Part shown: positions 54,313 to 63,625 of the stretch, piece by piece
Numbering within the stretch: the first letter of the stretch is position 1
Layout of the letters: every line of letters begins with the position of its first letter
Origin: Candidatus Latescibacterota bacterium
GTDB lineage: Bacteria > Latescibacterota > UBA2968 > UBA8231
Direction: 5' to 3'
Assembly (NCBI GenBank): GCA_965248355.1
Contig: OZ252098.1
Span: 3,200,001 to 3,264,000, forward strand
DNA: 64,000 bases
Notes under the pieces: generated by a model
Seen by the model: the letters and a program-made list of their open reading frames with translations, nothing else
The model's database searches: none
What the model was told of the DNA's origin: nothing
Program-made: the position numbers and the translations under genes

Positions 54313-55035
54313 ATGACCAGATCCCTGACAGGGCTCGTGCTCGCGCTGGTGGTGGTTTCCGCGACCGGGTGCTACACCGTCCTGCGCGCTCCCGGAGGCT
54401 TTTCCCGCTCCGAGGCGCCCGCCTACTCCACTGCCTGGGAGGCTCCGGAGGAAAGGGATCCCCGCCTCGGCCGGTTCTCCAACGAGCGCGACCTGGATAC
54501 CCCGGCCTACGGTTCGTACGGCAGCGGCTTCCCGATCTTCGGCTACGACTCCCGGCAAGGCATGTACGGCTTCGGCTCGCCCTTCGCCTACGGACCGGGA
54601 TACGGCTATGGATACGGGTCCAACTACGGGTACGACCCGTACGGCTACAGCCCCCGCTACGGACCCTACGGGTACGGCTACGACCCGTACTACTCCGGCA
54701 ACACCTACGTGCCCCCCGGATACCAGCTGGTGACCTCCACCGAGCTGGACAGGCTGCGGGCGGGGCTGTCCAGCGGTGGCGGGCCGACCTCGGATTCCCC
54801 TCCGGTCGACTCGTCCGCCCTGCAGGAGCAGCAGCGGCAGACCCAGGAGCGGGCCTGGACCCAGCGGGTCGAACCGACCGCGCGGCGGTCAACCGTCGGT
54901 CAGCGCACCACGAGGACCTCGAGCGGCTCCGGCTCCAGCGGCACGGTTTCCTCCGGCTCCCCGAAGAAACCCGCCTCCTCGGACGAGGAGAGCAGCGGCA
55001 GCTCGGCGGCCAAGCGCCGGAAGCAGCGCCGCTGA
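54313..55035 (+). CDS. Lipoprotein with Gly/Tyr/Pro-rich and Ser-rich low-complexity regions
   Basis: GGAGG RBS, lipobox ATGC, YG-rich tract. Confidence 0.8.
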   Translation: MTRSLTGLVLALVVVSATGCYTVLRAPGGFSRSEAPAYSTAWEAPEERDPRLGRFSNERDLDTPAYGSYGSGFPIFGYDSRQGMYGFGSPFAYGPGYGYGYGSNYGYDPYGYSPRYGPYGYGYDPYYSGNTYVPPGYQLVTSTELDRLRAGLSSGGGPTSDSPPVDSSALQEQQRQTQERAWTQRVEPTARRSTVGQRTTRTSSGSGSSGTVSSGSPKKPASSDEESSGSSAAKRRKQRR

Positions 55036-55078
55036 AAGGGACCCGCGCCAAGGCGCGGACGGATCCAGGAAAGACGAA

Positions 55079-55113
55079 AGAGGGGGCGGCTCCCGGCTGG
55101 AGCCGCCCCCTCT
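55079..55113. terminator. Bidirectional hairpin terminator
   Basis: 15-bp stem AGAGGGGGCGGCTCC / GGAGCCGCCCCCTCT between convergent genes. Confidence 0.85.
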
Positions 55114-55144
55114 CCTTTGCGCCGGCGCCCCTCCGTCGAGGGTC

Positions 55145-55867
55145 TCAGTCCCCGCTGACGTCGAAGTGCCGGGTCTGGCGGCTGGGCGGCGGGGCGACGC
55201 GGGCCAGGAACCCCCGCAGCGGCGGGGCCAGGGCCGCCAGCATCTGCCGCTCGGTGCGGTCCCGGCCGCCCCCCAGCAGGTCCAGTTGAACCTGCTGCCA
55301 GCTGCTGTGCCGGCCCTCGTGGCTCCAGCTCTTGCCGGTGGCCAGGTTCACCAGCAGCAGCTGCAGGTCCACGGTGATGTTGACCCTGGGACTGGCCACC
55401 ATCCCGTAGGGGCTCGGCGTCAGCGGCGTCATGCGCGCGTTCAGGCTGCGCAGGGTGACGAAGACGAGAGCGTCGAGTTCCAGCTCGGTCACCATGGCGC
55501 TCTGCAGGCTGTCGCTGAAGACGGCCGCGGAATCGAGGTCCACCTCTCGGAAGTGCCAGCGGATCTCGTCCTGGCCGAGTACCGTGCGGCCGGACAGGTT
55601 GCGCAGGCCTCCGGCCGTGGCGTCGGTGAGCCGTCCCATGACCTTCTCGATGTCCAGGTCCTGCAGGGGCTCGATGTTGGTGGCCGACAGCACGCCGACC
55701 TTCTCCACGCCTTCGAGCAGGGCTCCGAGCTCTTCGTCGGGCACGGAGGGCGCGCGGAACTCGACCGCCGTCCCCATGCCGCCGCTCCCCCGGGCCGCGC
55801 ATCCGCACAGGCACAGCAGGGCCAGCCACCGCGCCGTCAGGCGCCACCTCCCGGCCGGCCGCGCCAC
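55145..55867 (-). CDS. Hypothetical lipoprotein
   Basis: LALLCLCGC lipobox followed by a globular alpha/beta-like sequence. Start approximate. Confidence 0.7.
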   Translation of the reverse strand: MARPAGRWRLTARWLALLCLCGCAARGSGGMGTAVEFRAPSVPDEELGALLEGVEKVGVLSATNIEPLQDLDIEKVMGRLTDATAGGLRNLSGRTVLGQDEIRWHFREVDLDSAAVFSDSLQSAMVTELELDALVFVTLRSLNARMTPLTPSPYGMVASPRVNITVDLQLLLVNLATGKSWSHEGRHSSWQQVQLDLLGGGRDRTERQMLAALAPPLRGFLARVAPPPSRQTRHFDVSGD

Positions 55868-55869
55868 CC

Positions 55870-58800
55870 TCAGAAGCTCCGGCCGAAGCTGAAGTGCATG
55901 TGCCACTCCCCCATATCCTTGAAGTCGGTGCGCCGGGCGAACTCGAAGTTCAACGGCGCCAGGAAGTAGACGAGCAGTCCGAAACCGACCCCGCTCTGCA
56001 GGCGCACCGTCTCCGCCGCCGGGGCGACGGCGACGTGGGGGCTCTGCAGCGGCCATGGATCGAGGATCTGATCCTGGTTCCAGGCGGTGCCCAGGTCGGC
56101 GAAGATGGCGCCGTCCACGGCGGGAATGGCAAAGGTCCCGGGCCAGCCGAAGGTGATGTTGCGGATGAAGGGGACGCGGATCTCGCCGTTGAGCAGCGCC
56201 ACCCGGTTGCCCGTGAACTCCGAGAAGGGATAGCCCCGCAGGGGGCCCACGTTGAGGTTGTACCCCGGGTAGAAGGGCAGGAACCACGCCGGGCCCCCGA
56301 GATTGTACTCCAGGCCGTCGCGGCCCAGGGAGCCGATCCCCGTGCCCCGCAGTCCGAGCACCGACCAGCGGCCCAGGCGCAGGTAGTGGCGGTAGTCGAC
56401 CTCCACGTGCGTGAAGTTGCGGTCCACCTCTCTCAGCGCCAGGGTGCGGCCGGCGGACAGGTAGTAACGCCGGCCCGCCGTGGGACCAAGGAGCCCGTTG
56501 TTCAGGGAATCGTGGACGTAGGCGGCCTTGAACAGGTGCGTGCTGGAGCCGTCGATCGGCTCCTGCACCGGCCAGGCGATCTCGCGCTGTTCGTCGACGA
56601 AGGAGTAGGACAGCTCGACGCGCCGGTACACGTCGAGGGGATAGCTCATGTCGGCCAGCAGCCCCGTCTGGCGGCTGCGTACGAGACCCCGCGTGAGGCG
56701 CCCGCCGATCCCGTAGTTGCCCTGCAGCGGCCCCCGGCCCTCGTTGTCGTTGAAGTACTGGTTCCAGTTGAAGACCATGGCGCTGTAGGTCGGCCGGCGG
56801 CCGTGGTAGCTGTAGCCGGCGGCAAAGGTGAAGTCGTTGTTGATCTCCTGGGAGGCCACGTAGTCGGTGAACAGGTTGAGGTCGTGGTTGCCGAGCAGAT
56901 CGCTCATGCTCAGGTGGGCGACCCCGGCGAGAAGGCCGCCGTAGCTGCCCACCATCTGCAGCGCCACCCCGTCGAACTCGAGCTTCGGCGTGTACCGCCG
57001 CCGCGGCAGTCCCTCGAGGGCGCCGCCGGGGCCCCCGTCGAGGCGCGCCGTGTTCCGCCGCAGGGCCTCGCCCACGTCCCGCGCGCCGGCAGCGGGTGAT
57101 GACACCCCGGCCTCTCCGGCGGCGTCACCAGCGGCATCGCCGGCGGCGGCCTCCGCCAGCTTCATCGCCTGGTTGGCATCCGCCTTGCGGTCGAGGAGGG
57201 CCACCGCCTCCTCCAGGCCGAGCCGGGCGGCGTTGGCCAGGGGCGTGGCGGCGCTGTCGGCCAGGGACTTCCCTGCGAGGAGGACGGAGCCCGACACCGG
57301 CGGTCCCTCGCCGCCGGCCCCCGAGACCTCCACGGGATCCGCCGGCTCGGCGCCGCGCCGCGCCGCCAGCTCCTCGCTGTGCCGCCGCAGCTCCGGCATG
57401 GTGGGCATGTCCATGCGGTACATCTCCCGCCGGCTGTGGTAGTAGGTGTTGAGCACCAGCTGCTTGCCGTCGGGCGACAGGGACGGGTTCATGATGCCGG
57501 AGAGGGTGCGCGTCAGGCGGTACTCCCGGCCTTCGCCGAGGTCGTGGAGGAACAGGTCGTTGATGCCCTCGCGGGTGGAGACGAAGAGGATCCTGTCGCC
57601 TTCGGGTGTCCACTCCGGCCACAGGTCGTCGCCCGGCGTGGCTACCAGCGTCGACTGGCTCCCGGTGTCGAGGTCGTAGACCTTGATGTCGAACTGGCCT
57701 TTCGACTTGGAGCTGAAGGCCAGCCGCCGGCCATCGGGATGGAAGTCGGGGTGGTCCTCCCGCCGCGACGTCCCGGTCAGCTGGGTGACCTCCTTCGTGC
57801 GCGCGTCCACGAGGTAGAGGTCGCTCTGGCCGTACCCGGTGCCGACGAAGGCCAGGCGGCGGCTGTCGGGCGCCCAGTCGAGCCCTTCGAGGATCTCGAT
57901 GTCGTCGAAGGACAGGACATCCACCAGCTCCTTGTCGTAGAGGTCCCAGAGGACGATGGCGTCCTTCGGGCCGTGCTTGCCCACCAGGGCGATGGTGCGG
58001 CCGTCCGGCGCCCAGGCGACGGTGCCGTCGCCGAAGGTCAGGTCGTCGAAGACGCGAGTGCGCATGCCGGTGGTGACGCGCTGCACCCGGCGGCCGTTGC
58101 TGACGCGGATGATATCGACGTGCTGCTCCACGCCGTCGGTGCTCAGCACGGCGAGCATGTCTCCCCCCAGGGACCACTCCGGGGACATGTACAAGCCGTC
58201 CGCCTCGTCGTCGTCGACCACGCGGGTGGCGAACTCCGACACGTAGTCCCGGTGCTGCAGCAGCGGCCAGTAGCGCTTGCGCAAGTGCGCCTGCCAGCGC
58301 TCGTCGAGAGTGCTCATGTCCATGTCGATGAGGCGCTCGAGGAGCCGGTCCGTGTCGGTCTGCTGGTCCCACACGCGCAGGATGCGGCTCACCTTCTCGG
58401 GCCCGAAGTTGGCCGCCAGGTACTCCATCAGGCTGTGGCTCTGCTTGTAGGCCAGAAACGGGTTCGGCAGGTAGTTCCAGCTCGAGTCCATCACCTCGAG
58501 AGGGATCAGCCGGTCCGTGAGCACCGCGTCGCGCAGCACCATCTCGTCGATGGTGTTCATCTCCTCCGTGGAGTACTCGGCCAGGCCCTCCATGATCCAC
58601 GTCGGCGGCCGGGCGATCGGGTTGGAGATGCGCCGCACCGGCCCCCGGTTCACGATGTCGTACTGGAAGATGTGCATCAGCTCGTGGGTGAGGACGTTGC
58701 GGAAGTCGTCGAGATCGCCGTTGAAGGGGATCACCATGCGGTAGCGCAGGGGCTCGGCGAAGCCGGCCACCCCGGGCGGCAGGAAGGCCTGGATGATGTT

Positions 58801-59148
58801 CGTCTGCTGGAACTCGTAGTGGGACTTGAAGATGACGATGGGCGGCTTGGTCGACAGCTCGTGGCGCATGAGGGCGCTGATGTGGCCGTAGGCCTCCTCC
58901 AGGTATTCCACGGCCCGGTCGGCGAGGTCCTCGAACTCCGGCTCGTAGTGGAGGAGCAGGTGCTCGCTCTCGACGAAGTGCCAGTCGAAGTCCTTGTAGC
59001 GGACCTTGTTCTTGCCGAAGCCCTGGCGCAGCTGGGAGGACAGGATGTCCTGGGCCCAGGCCCCGTCGGACAGCGACCATCCCAGGACCGCGGCCATGAA
59101 CAGGGCGAAGCCCCGGACCCGGCGTTCAGAGGTATTCACGGTGGGCAT
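55870..59148 (-). CDS. Omp85/BamA-type barrel with an N-terminal HExxH peptidase-like domain and a PD40/TolB propeller
   Basis: FGKNKVRY, HELMH..Q, W..EGLAEY, W(A/S)PDG repeats, LRGY, C-terminal FSFGRSF. Confidence 0.85.
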   Translation of the reverse strand: MPTVNTSERRVRGFALFMAAVLGWSLSDGAWAQDILSSQLRQGFGKNKVRYKDFDWHFVESEHLLLHYEPEFEDLADRAVEYLEEAYGHISALMRHELSTKPPIVIFKSHYEFQQTNIIQAFLPPGVAGFAEPLRYRMVIPFNGDLDDFRNVLTHELMHIFQYDIVNRGPVRRISNPIARPPTWIMEGLAEYSTEEMNTIDEMVLRDAVLTDRLIPLEVMDSSWNYLPNPFLAYKQSHSLMEYLAANFGPEKVSRILRVWDQQTDTDRLLERLIDMDMSTLDERWQAHLRKRYWPLLQHRDYVSEFATRVVDDDEADGLYMSPEWSLGGDMLAVLSTDGVEQHVDIIRVSNGRRVQRVTTGMRTRVFDDLTFGDGTVAWAPDGRTIALVGKHGPKDAIVLWDLYDKELVDVLSFDDIEILEGLDWAPDSRRLAFVGTGYGQSDLYLVDARTKEVTQLTGTSRREDHPDFHPDGRRLAFSSKSKGQFDIKVYDLDTGSQSTLVATPGDDLWPEWTPEGDRILFVSTREGINDLFLHDLGEGREYRLTRTLSGIMNPSLSPDGKQLVLNTYYHSRREMYRMDMPTMPELRRHSEELAARRGAEPADPVEVSGAGGEGPPVSGSVLLAGKSLADSAATPLANAARLGLEEAVALLDRKADANQAMKLAEAAAGDAAGDAAGEAGVSSPAAGARDVGEALRRNTARLDGGPGGALEGLPRRRYTPKLEFDGVALQMVGSYGGLLAGVAHLSMSDLLGNHDLNLFTDYVASQEINNDFTFAAGYSYHGRRPTYSAMVFNWNQYFNDNEGRGPLQGNYGIGGRLTRGLVRSRQTGLLADMSYPLDVYRRVELSYSFVDEQREIAWPVQEPIDGSSTHLFKAAYVHDSLNNGLLGPTAGRRYYLSAGRTLALREVDRNFTHVEVDYRHYLRLGRWSVLGLRGTGIGSLGRDGLEYNLGGPAWFLPFYPGYNLNVGPLRGYPFSEFTGNRVALLNGEIRVPFIRNITFGWPGTFAIPAVDGAIFADLGTAWNQDQILDPWPLQSPHVAVAPAAETVRLQSGVGFGLLVYFLAPLNFEFARRTDFKDMGEWHMHFSFGRSF

Positions 59149-59987
59149 TACCCTTCCTCCGGCGTTTCCCTCGCCGGGGCGGTACCGCGCCGGCGCTCTC
59201 GAGCCGGCGGCAAGCCGTCGATGTCGACGCTGTCCGCCGGGACGCGGCCGGCGCCTTCCACGGCCCGGCGGAGGTGGCCCAGGTTGGCCTGGTACAGCCG
59301 CTTGTCGGGCGCCAGCCGTGCGGCGAACTCATACTCGGTGCGCGCCTTCTCCCGCTCTCCAAGCCGTTCGTACAGGATCGCCAGGTTGTTGTGCAGGCTC
59401 GCCGCCAGGCTGTCCAGGGCGACGGCCTGCTCGAGGTGGATGCGCGCCTCATCCCAAAGGCCCCGTTCGACGCACCACAACGCGTATTCGTTGACCTGCT
59501 GGACCCGTTCCCGGTCCTCCCGGGTGCGGGCTTCGTAGGCGAGCCGCCGGGCCTGCACCACCTCGGGGGACGGGGCAGGCCTCTCCGGAGGCGCGGCGCC
59601 CTGCGCCTCCTCCGGCGGCTCGACGGGACTCGCCGGCGCCGGCTTCCCCGAGGTCGGCCCGGCGCTACGCAGGGAGTCCGGGGCCGCCGTTTCGGGTGTC
59701 GGACCGGCGCTGGCCAGGGAATCCGGGGGCTCGGCTCCGCCATCGGACAGGGCGGCGGACGTGTCCTGTTGGACCTCCTCCGCCTGGGGGGGGTTCCCCC
59801 CCTCCCACCAGGGGGTGGCCCCCTGTCGCGGCGAACGGGCGACCTGGGTGCACGAGGCCGCTGCCAGTCCGAGCAGGCACAGACACAGCTTCCATCGGGA
59901 GGGACGGTGGTTCACGACGAGACCTTGCATCGGGAGGGAGGCGTCGAGAGCGATGGGGAATATACGCACCGGAGACGGCGGTTTCAT
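59148..59987 (-). CDS. TPR-containing lipoprotein
   Basis: Lipobox AASC, Pro/Ala linker, HNNLAILYE..G...A...Y..A. Confidence 0.75.
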   Translation of the reverse strand: MKPPSPVRIFPIALDASLPMQGLVVNHRPSRWKLCLCLLGLAAASCTQVARSPRQGATPWWEGGNPPQAEEVQQDTSAALSDGGAEPPDSLASAGPTPETAAPDSLRSAGPTSGKPAPASPVEPPEEAQGAAPPERPAPSPEVVQARRLAYEARTREDRERVQQVNEYALWCVERGLWDEARIHLEQAVALDSLAASLHNNLAILYERLGEREKARTEYEFAARLAPDKRLYQANLGHLRRAVEGAGRVPADSVDIDGLPPARERRRGTAPARETPEEG

Positions 59988-61369
59988 GCCCGGCCGGAGG
60001 CGGCCTGACCGGTTCCGGAGCCGGTGCGCCCGGCCGCCCACCGGACCAGGGCCCCGCCCAGCAGCAGGTAGACGGGACCGTACTCGGCCCACACCACCCA
60101 TCCCGAGGCCTGCCACACGCCCGAGCCGCGGTACGGCACCAGCACCTGGTACCCGAGGAAGGCGAGCCAGCTGAATGCCATCCACGGAGGCCCGGGATGC
60201 ATGGGCAGAAAGGCCAGGATCCAAAGCAGGTACCACGGATGCACCACGGGCGACAGCAGCAGGAGCGCCGCCATGGAGGCCACGGCGGCGCGCACCGGGT
60301 CCCGCCAGCGGGCGGCCGCCGCGACGGTCACCGCCGCCAGCGCCGCCAGGCAGATCCAGCGAGCCGCCATCAAGGCGCCGTCGTCCCACTCCCAGCCGGG
60401 TCTCGGGTCGGCGAGCACCGAGTAGACCAGCCCGTAGAGGCTGTCGTTGTGACGCCACTTGACGGCGAAGGTCCGCAACCCCGACCACATGGCCCCGCCG
60501 GCGTCGGCGTACAGGAGACCGGCGGCGGCCACGCCGGCCGGCACCCACACCAGGGGCCAGCGCGGCCCCGGATCGAGCCAGCGCCGCCAGGCCGGCGAGT
60601 CCGGCCGCGACCAGGTCCGCCAGAAGGCGGCCAGGCACAAGGCCGGGATCACCTTGGCCAGGATCGCCGCCGTCAGCCCCAGGGCGGCCCCGTGCCGGCG
60701 GCCCGACACCAGGAAGAGCAGGGCCAGCATCATCAGGGCCACCCCGAGGACGTCCACGTGGCCGTTGCCGGCGATCTCGATCACGGGCAGGGGATGCCAG
60801 GCATAGAGCAGGGCTCGCCCTGGATTCTGCCCGCGAGCCTTCAGCAGCCGCCAGAGCACGGCGATGAGAAGCAGGTCGCACAGGACCAGGGCCGCCTTCA
60901 TCCCGGTGACCCCCGGCCAAGCGGCGTGGGCCGCCCGGAAGAACCACTGGGCCACCGGCGGATAGACGGTGACGATCTCCGGATGGTTGATCCGGCTCCA
61001 GTCGTCGTCCCGCAGCCACGTCAGGGAGGCCGCGTCCGGCGCCTGGGCGTAGGGATTCTCCCCGGCCGCCAGCACCCGCGCGTCCCACAGGTAGCGGTAG
61101 ATGTCATCGGACAGGGAAGGGGCGGTGTCCAGCAGCAGCAGCCGGAAGAGGACGGCGAATCCGGCCACGATGACCCCGGCCCGGGGCGCGGAGCCGGGCG
61201 AACGCAGCACGAGCCAGCCGGCGTACCCGTAGGCGGCCAGCGCCGGCAGGAGGGCGAGCCACAGCCCGGGCACGTCCTCGGCGAGATCGCCGGCGGTCCG
61301 GATCCACAGGAACACGGCGGCCAGCACGGCTCCCGAGACCAGCATACCCGCGCGCGGATGATTCAGCAT
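59984..61369 (-). CDS. GT-C membrane glycosyltransferase (GT87/DUF2029-like)
   Basis: SDD.YRYLWD, NPY..P, VYPP, GH.D, HPWY; many TM helices. Confidence 0.85.
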   Translation of the reverse strand: MLNHPRAGMLVSGAVLAAVFLWIRTAGDLAEDVPGLWLALLPALAAYGYAGWLVLRSPGSAPRAGVIVAGFAVLFRLLLLDTAPSLSDDIYRYLWDARVLAAGENPYAQAPDAASLTWLRDDDWSRINHPEIVTVYPPVAQWFFRAAHAAWPGVTGMKAALVLCDLLLIAVLWRLLKARGQNPGRALLYAWHPLPVIEIAGNGHVDVLGVALMMLALLFLVSGRRHGAALGLTAAILAKVIPALCLAAFWRTWSRPDSPAWRRWLDPGPRWPLVWVPAGVAAAGLLYADAGGAMWSGLRTFAVKWRHNDSLYGLVYSVLADPRPGWEWDDGALMAARWICLAALAAVTVAAAARWRDPVRAAVASMAALLLLSPVVHPWYLLWILAFLPMHPGPPWMAFSWLAFLGYQVLVPYRGSGVWQASGWVVWAEYGPVYLLLGGALVRWAAGRTGSGTGQAASGRA

Positions 61370-61417
61370 GGGCGGCTGCAGTCTGCGGGCAGATGCCTCA
61401 ACATGCGCGCCGACGTT

Positions 61418-62287
61418 TCAATAGTCGAAGAACCCGCCCCCCGTCTTGCGCCCCAGCCGGCCCTGATCGACCAGCCGGCGGAGGCGCTCCGGCGGCGCGT
61501 ACCGGGGACCGAGGCGCGCTTCGAGGGACTCGAGGATGTCGAGGCAGACGTCCAGGCCGACGAAGTCGGCCAGGGCCAGCGGGCCAAGCGGGTGTCCGGC
61601 GCCCAGGCGCATGGCGCGGTCCAGGTCCTCGGCCGAGGCCACCCCCTCCTCCAAGGCCCGGACCCCCTCGGCGATCATGGCGAAGAGCAGCCGGTTGACG
61701 GCGAACCCCGGCCGGTTGCCGACCTCGATCGGGGTCTTGCCGCAGCGGCGGGCCAGTCCCGCCACGGCGGTCACCACGGCGGCGGAGGTCTGCGGCCCGG
61801 CGACGATCTCCACCAGGGGCATGACCGGCGGCGGGTTGAAGAAGTGGAGGCCAACCACCCGTTGCGGGCGGCCCGTGGCCGCGGCCAGGGCAGCCACGTC
61901 CAGCCCCGAGGTGTTGCTGGCGATCACCGCCCCGGCCGGCAGCAGGCGGTCCAGCCGGGCCAGGACGCCCCGCTTCAGGTCCAGGCGCTCGGGAACCGCT
62001 TCGATGGCCAGGTCCGTGTCCTCCTCCATGTCCGCCAGCCGCGGCAGGGCGCTCAGGCGCCCGGCCATCTCTTCCAGGTCGCCGGAGACCTCGCCGCGCC
62101 CGTGGCGGCGGCGCACCCTGTCGCGCAACGAGTCGACCGCCGCCTCGAGGACCGCGCCGGAGGCATCGTGCAGCCCCACTTGCAGACCGGCCTCGAGGAG
62201 CACCTGGGCGATGCCCCGGCCCATGGTGCCGGCGCCGATGACGACGCCCCGGGCGAAGGTCAAGGGATGCTCGGGAGGGGAATCCAC
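61418..62287 (-). CDS. 3-hydroxyacyl-CoA dehydrogenase
   Basis: GAGTMG, EAVPE, SNTS, HFFNP, PGF.VNR, GRKTG.GF. Confidence 0.95.
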   Translation of the reverse strand: MDSPPEHPLTFARGVVIGAGTMGRGIAQVLLEAGLQVGLHDASGAVLEAAVDSLRDRVRRRHGRGEVSGDLEEMAGRLSALPRLADMEEDTDLAIEAVPERLDLKRGVLARLDRLLPAGAVIASNTSGLDVAALAAATGRPQRVVGLHFFNPPPVMPLVEIVAGPQTSAAVVTAVAGLARRCGKTPIEVGNRPGFAVNRLLFAMIAEGVRALEEGVASAEDLDRAMRLGAGHPLGPLALADFVGLDVCLDILESLEARLGPRYAPPERLRRLVDQGRLGRKTGGGFFDY

Positions 62288-62390
62288 GCCGGCACAAGGT
62301 AACCGGCCGCCATCAGACGCCGCCAGCGCCGCTTGACCGCACGCTCCGCGGCCTTTGGTTCACTTGGATTCTTCATCTCCGGAGGCTCTC

Positions 62391-63410
62391 TTGGACGACG
62401 TGCGCATCGCCTTCATCGGGTTCCGCCATGCCCACATCCACAGCCTGTACGAGCGCGCCCTGGACACGGCGGGGGTGCGCGTGGCCGGGGCCTGCGAGGA
62501 GCATGAGGAGACCCGCCGGGAGCTGGCTGGTTCGAGGATCGAGATCACCCACCACGAGGCCGGGCGCCTCCTCGACGAGGTCGAGTGCGACGCCGTGGCC
62601 GTGGGCGACGTGTACGCCCTGCGCGGGTCCCGCCTCATCGCCGCCCTGGAACGGGGCCGGCACGTGATCGCCGACAAGCCCCTGTGCACCCGCCTCAAGG
62701 AGGTGGAGCGGATCCGCGGGCTGGCCGCGGCCGGCGGCCTGGAGGTGGGATGCATGCTCACCATGCGCGACTCGGCCGGCCTGCGCGCGGCGCGGACCCT
62801 GATCCGGGAGGGAGCCATCGGGGAGGTCCACGCCGTCCAGTTCGGCGGCCAGCACCCCCTGATGCCGGGCACCCGTCCGGCCTGGTACTTCGAGCCCGGC
62901 CAGCACGGCGGCACGATCAACGACATCGGCATCCACGCCATCGACGGGATCCCCTTCGCAACCGGCCTGCGCTTCACGCGGCTGGAGGCGGCGCGCTGCT
63001 GGAACGCCTTCGTCCCCGAGACCCCCCACTTCCACGACGGCGCCCAGATGCTGCTGGCCATGGACAATGGCTGCGGCGTCGTCGGCGACGTCTCCTACTT
63101 CGCGCCTGACGGGCCCGGCTACGGCCTCCCCTACTACTGGCGCATGACCTTCTGGGGCCGCGAAGGCGTCCTCGAGATCGCCACCAACGACGACCACCTG
63201 GAGCTGGGGAGGGCCACCGGCAAGCAGGTCGAGCGCCGGCCCCTGCCGCCGGGCAACAGCGGCGGATACCTTCAGGCCTTCCTCAAGGGCATCCGCGGCG
63301 AGCCCCGCGAGGACGGGGAGCTGACCAGCGCCCAGGTGCTGGCCTCCACCGAGACGGCCCTGCGCGTGCAGGCGGCGGCCGATGCGGGGGAGCGGGGGGT
63401 GGAGCTGTGA
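62391..63410 (+). CDS. Gfo/Idh/MocA oxidoreductase
   Basis: G..H.H, ADKP, DIGIH.ID; GGAGG RBS before the TTG at 62391. Confidence 0.9.
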   Translation: MDDVRIAFIGFRHAHIHSLYERALDTAGVRVAGACEEHEETRRELAGSRIEITHHEAGRLLDEVECDAVAVGDVYALRGSRLIAALERGRHVIADKPLCTRLKEVERIRGLAAAGGLEVGCMLTMRDSAGLRAARTLIREGAIGEVHAVQFGGQHPLMPGTRPAWYFEPGQHGGTINDIGIHAIDGIPFATGLRFTRLEAARCWNAFVPETPHFHDGAQMLLAMDNGCGVVGDVSYFAPDGPGYGLPYYWRMTFWGREGVLEIATNDDHLELGRATGKQVERRPLPPGNSGGYLQAFLKGIRGEPREDGELTSAQVLASTETALRVQAAADAGERGVEL

Positions 63411-63625
63411 CAGGCGTGACCGCTCCGGAGTCCGCCGGATTCGTGGTCGATCCGCGCCACGAAGCAGAGGTGACTGCCGGCTTCGCGGACTGAAATGTCC
63501 AGCTGCGCCGGTTGGATCGCCTTTTACGGGTCGGCCTCCTCCCATCCAAAGTTTCGCCAAACCGCCGCGGGGCACCCACATCCACGGATTTGCTCGATGC
63601 GCACAAGTGAGGACCCACAATACAC

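Noticed and set aside
63524..63625. c-di-GMP-I riboswitch
   Set aside because: Partial GCAAA/CAAACC words are present, but I could not build the two-stem consensus.
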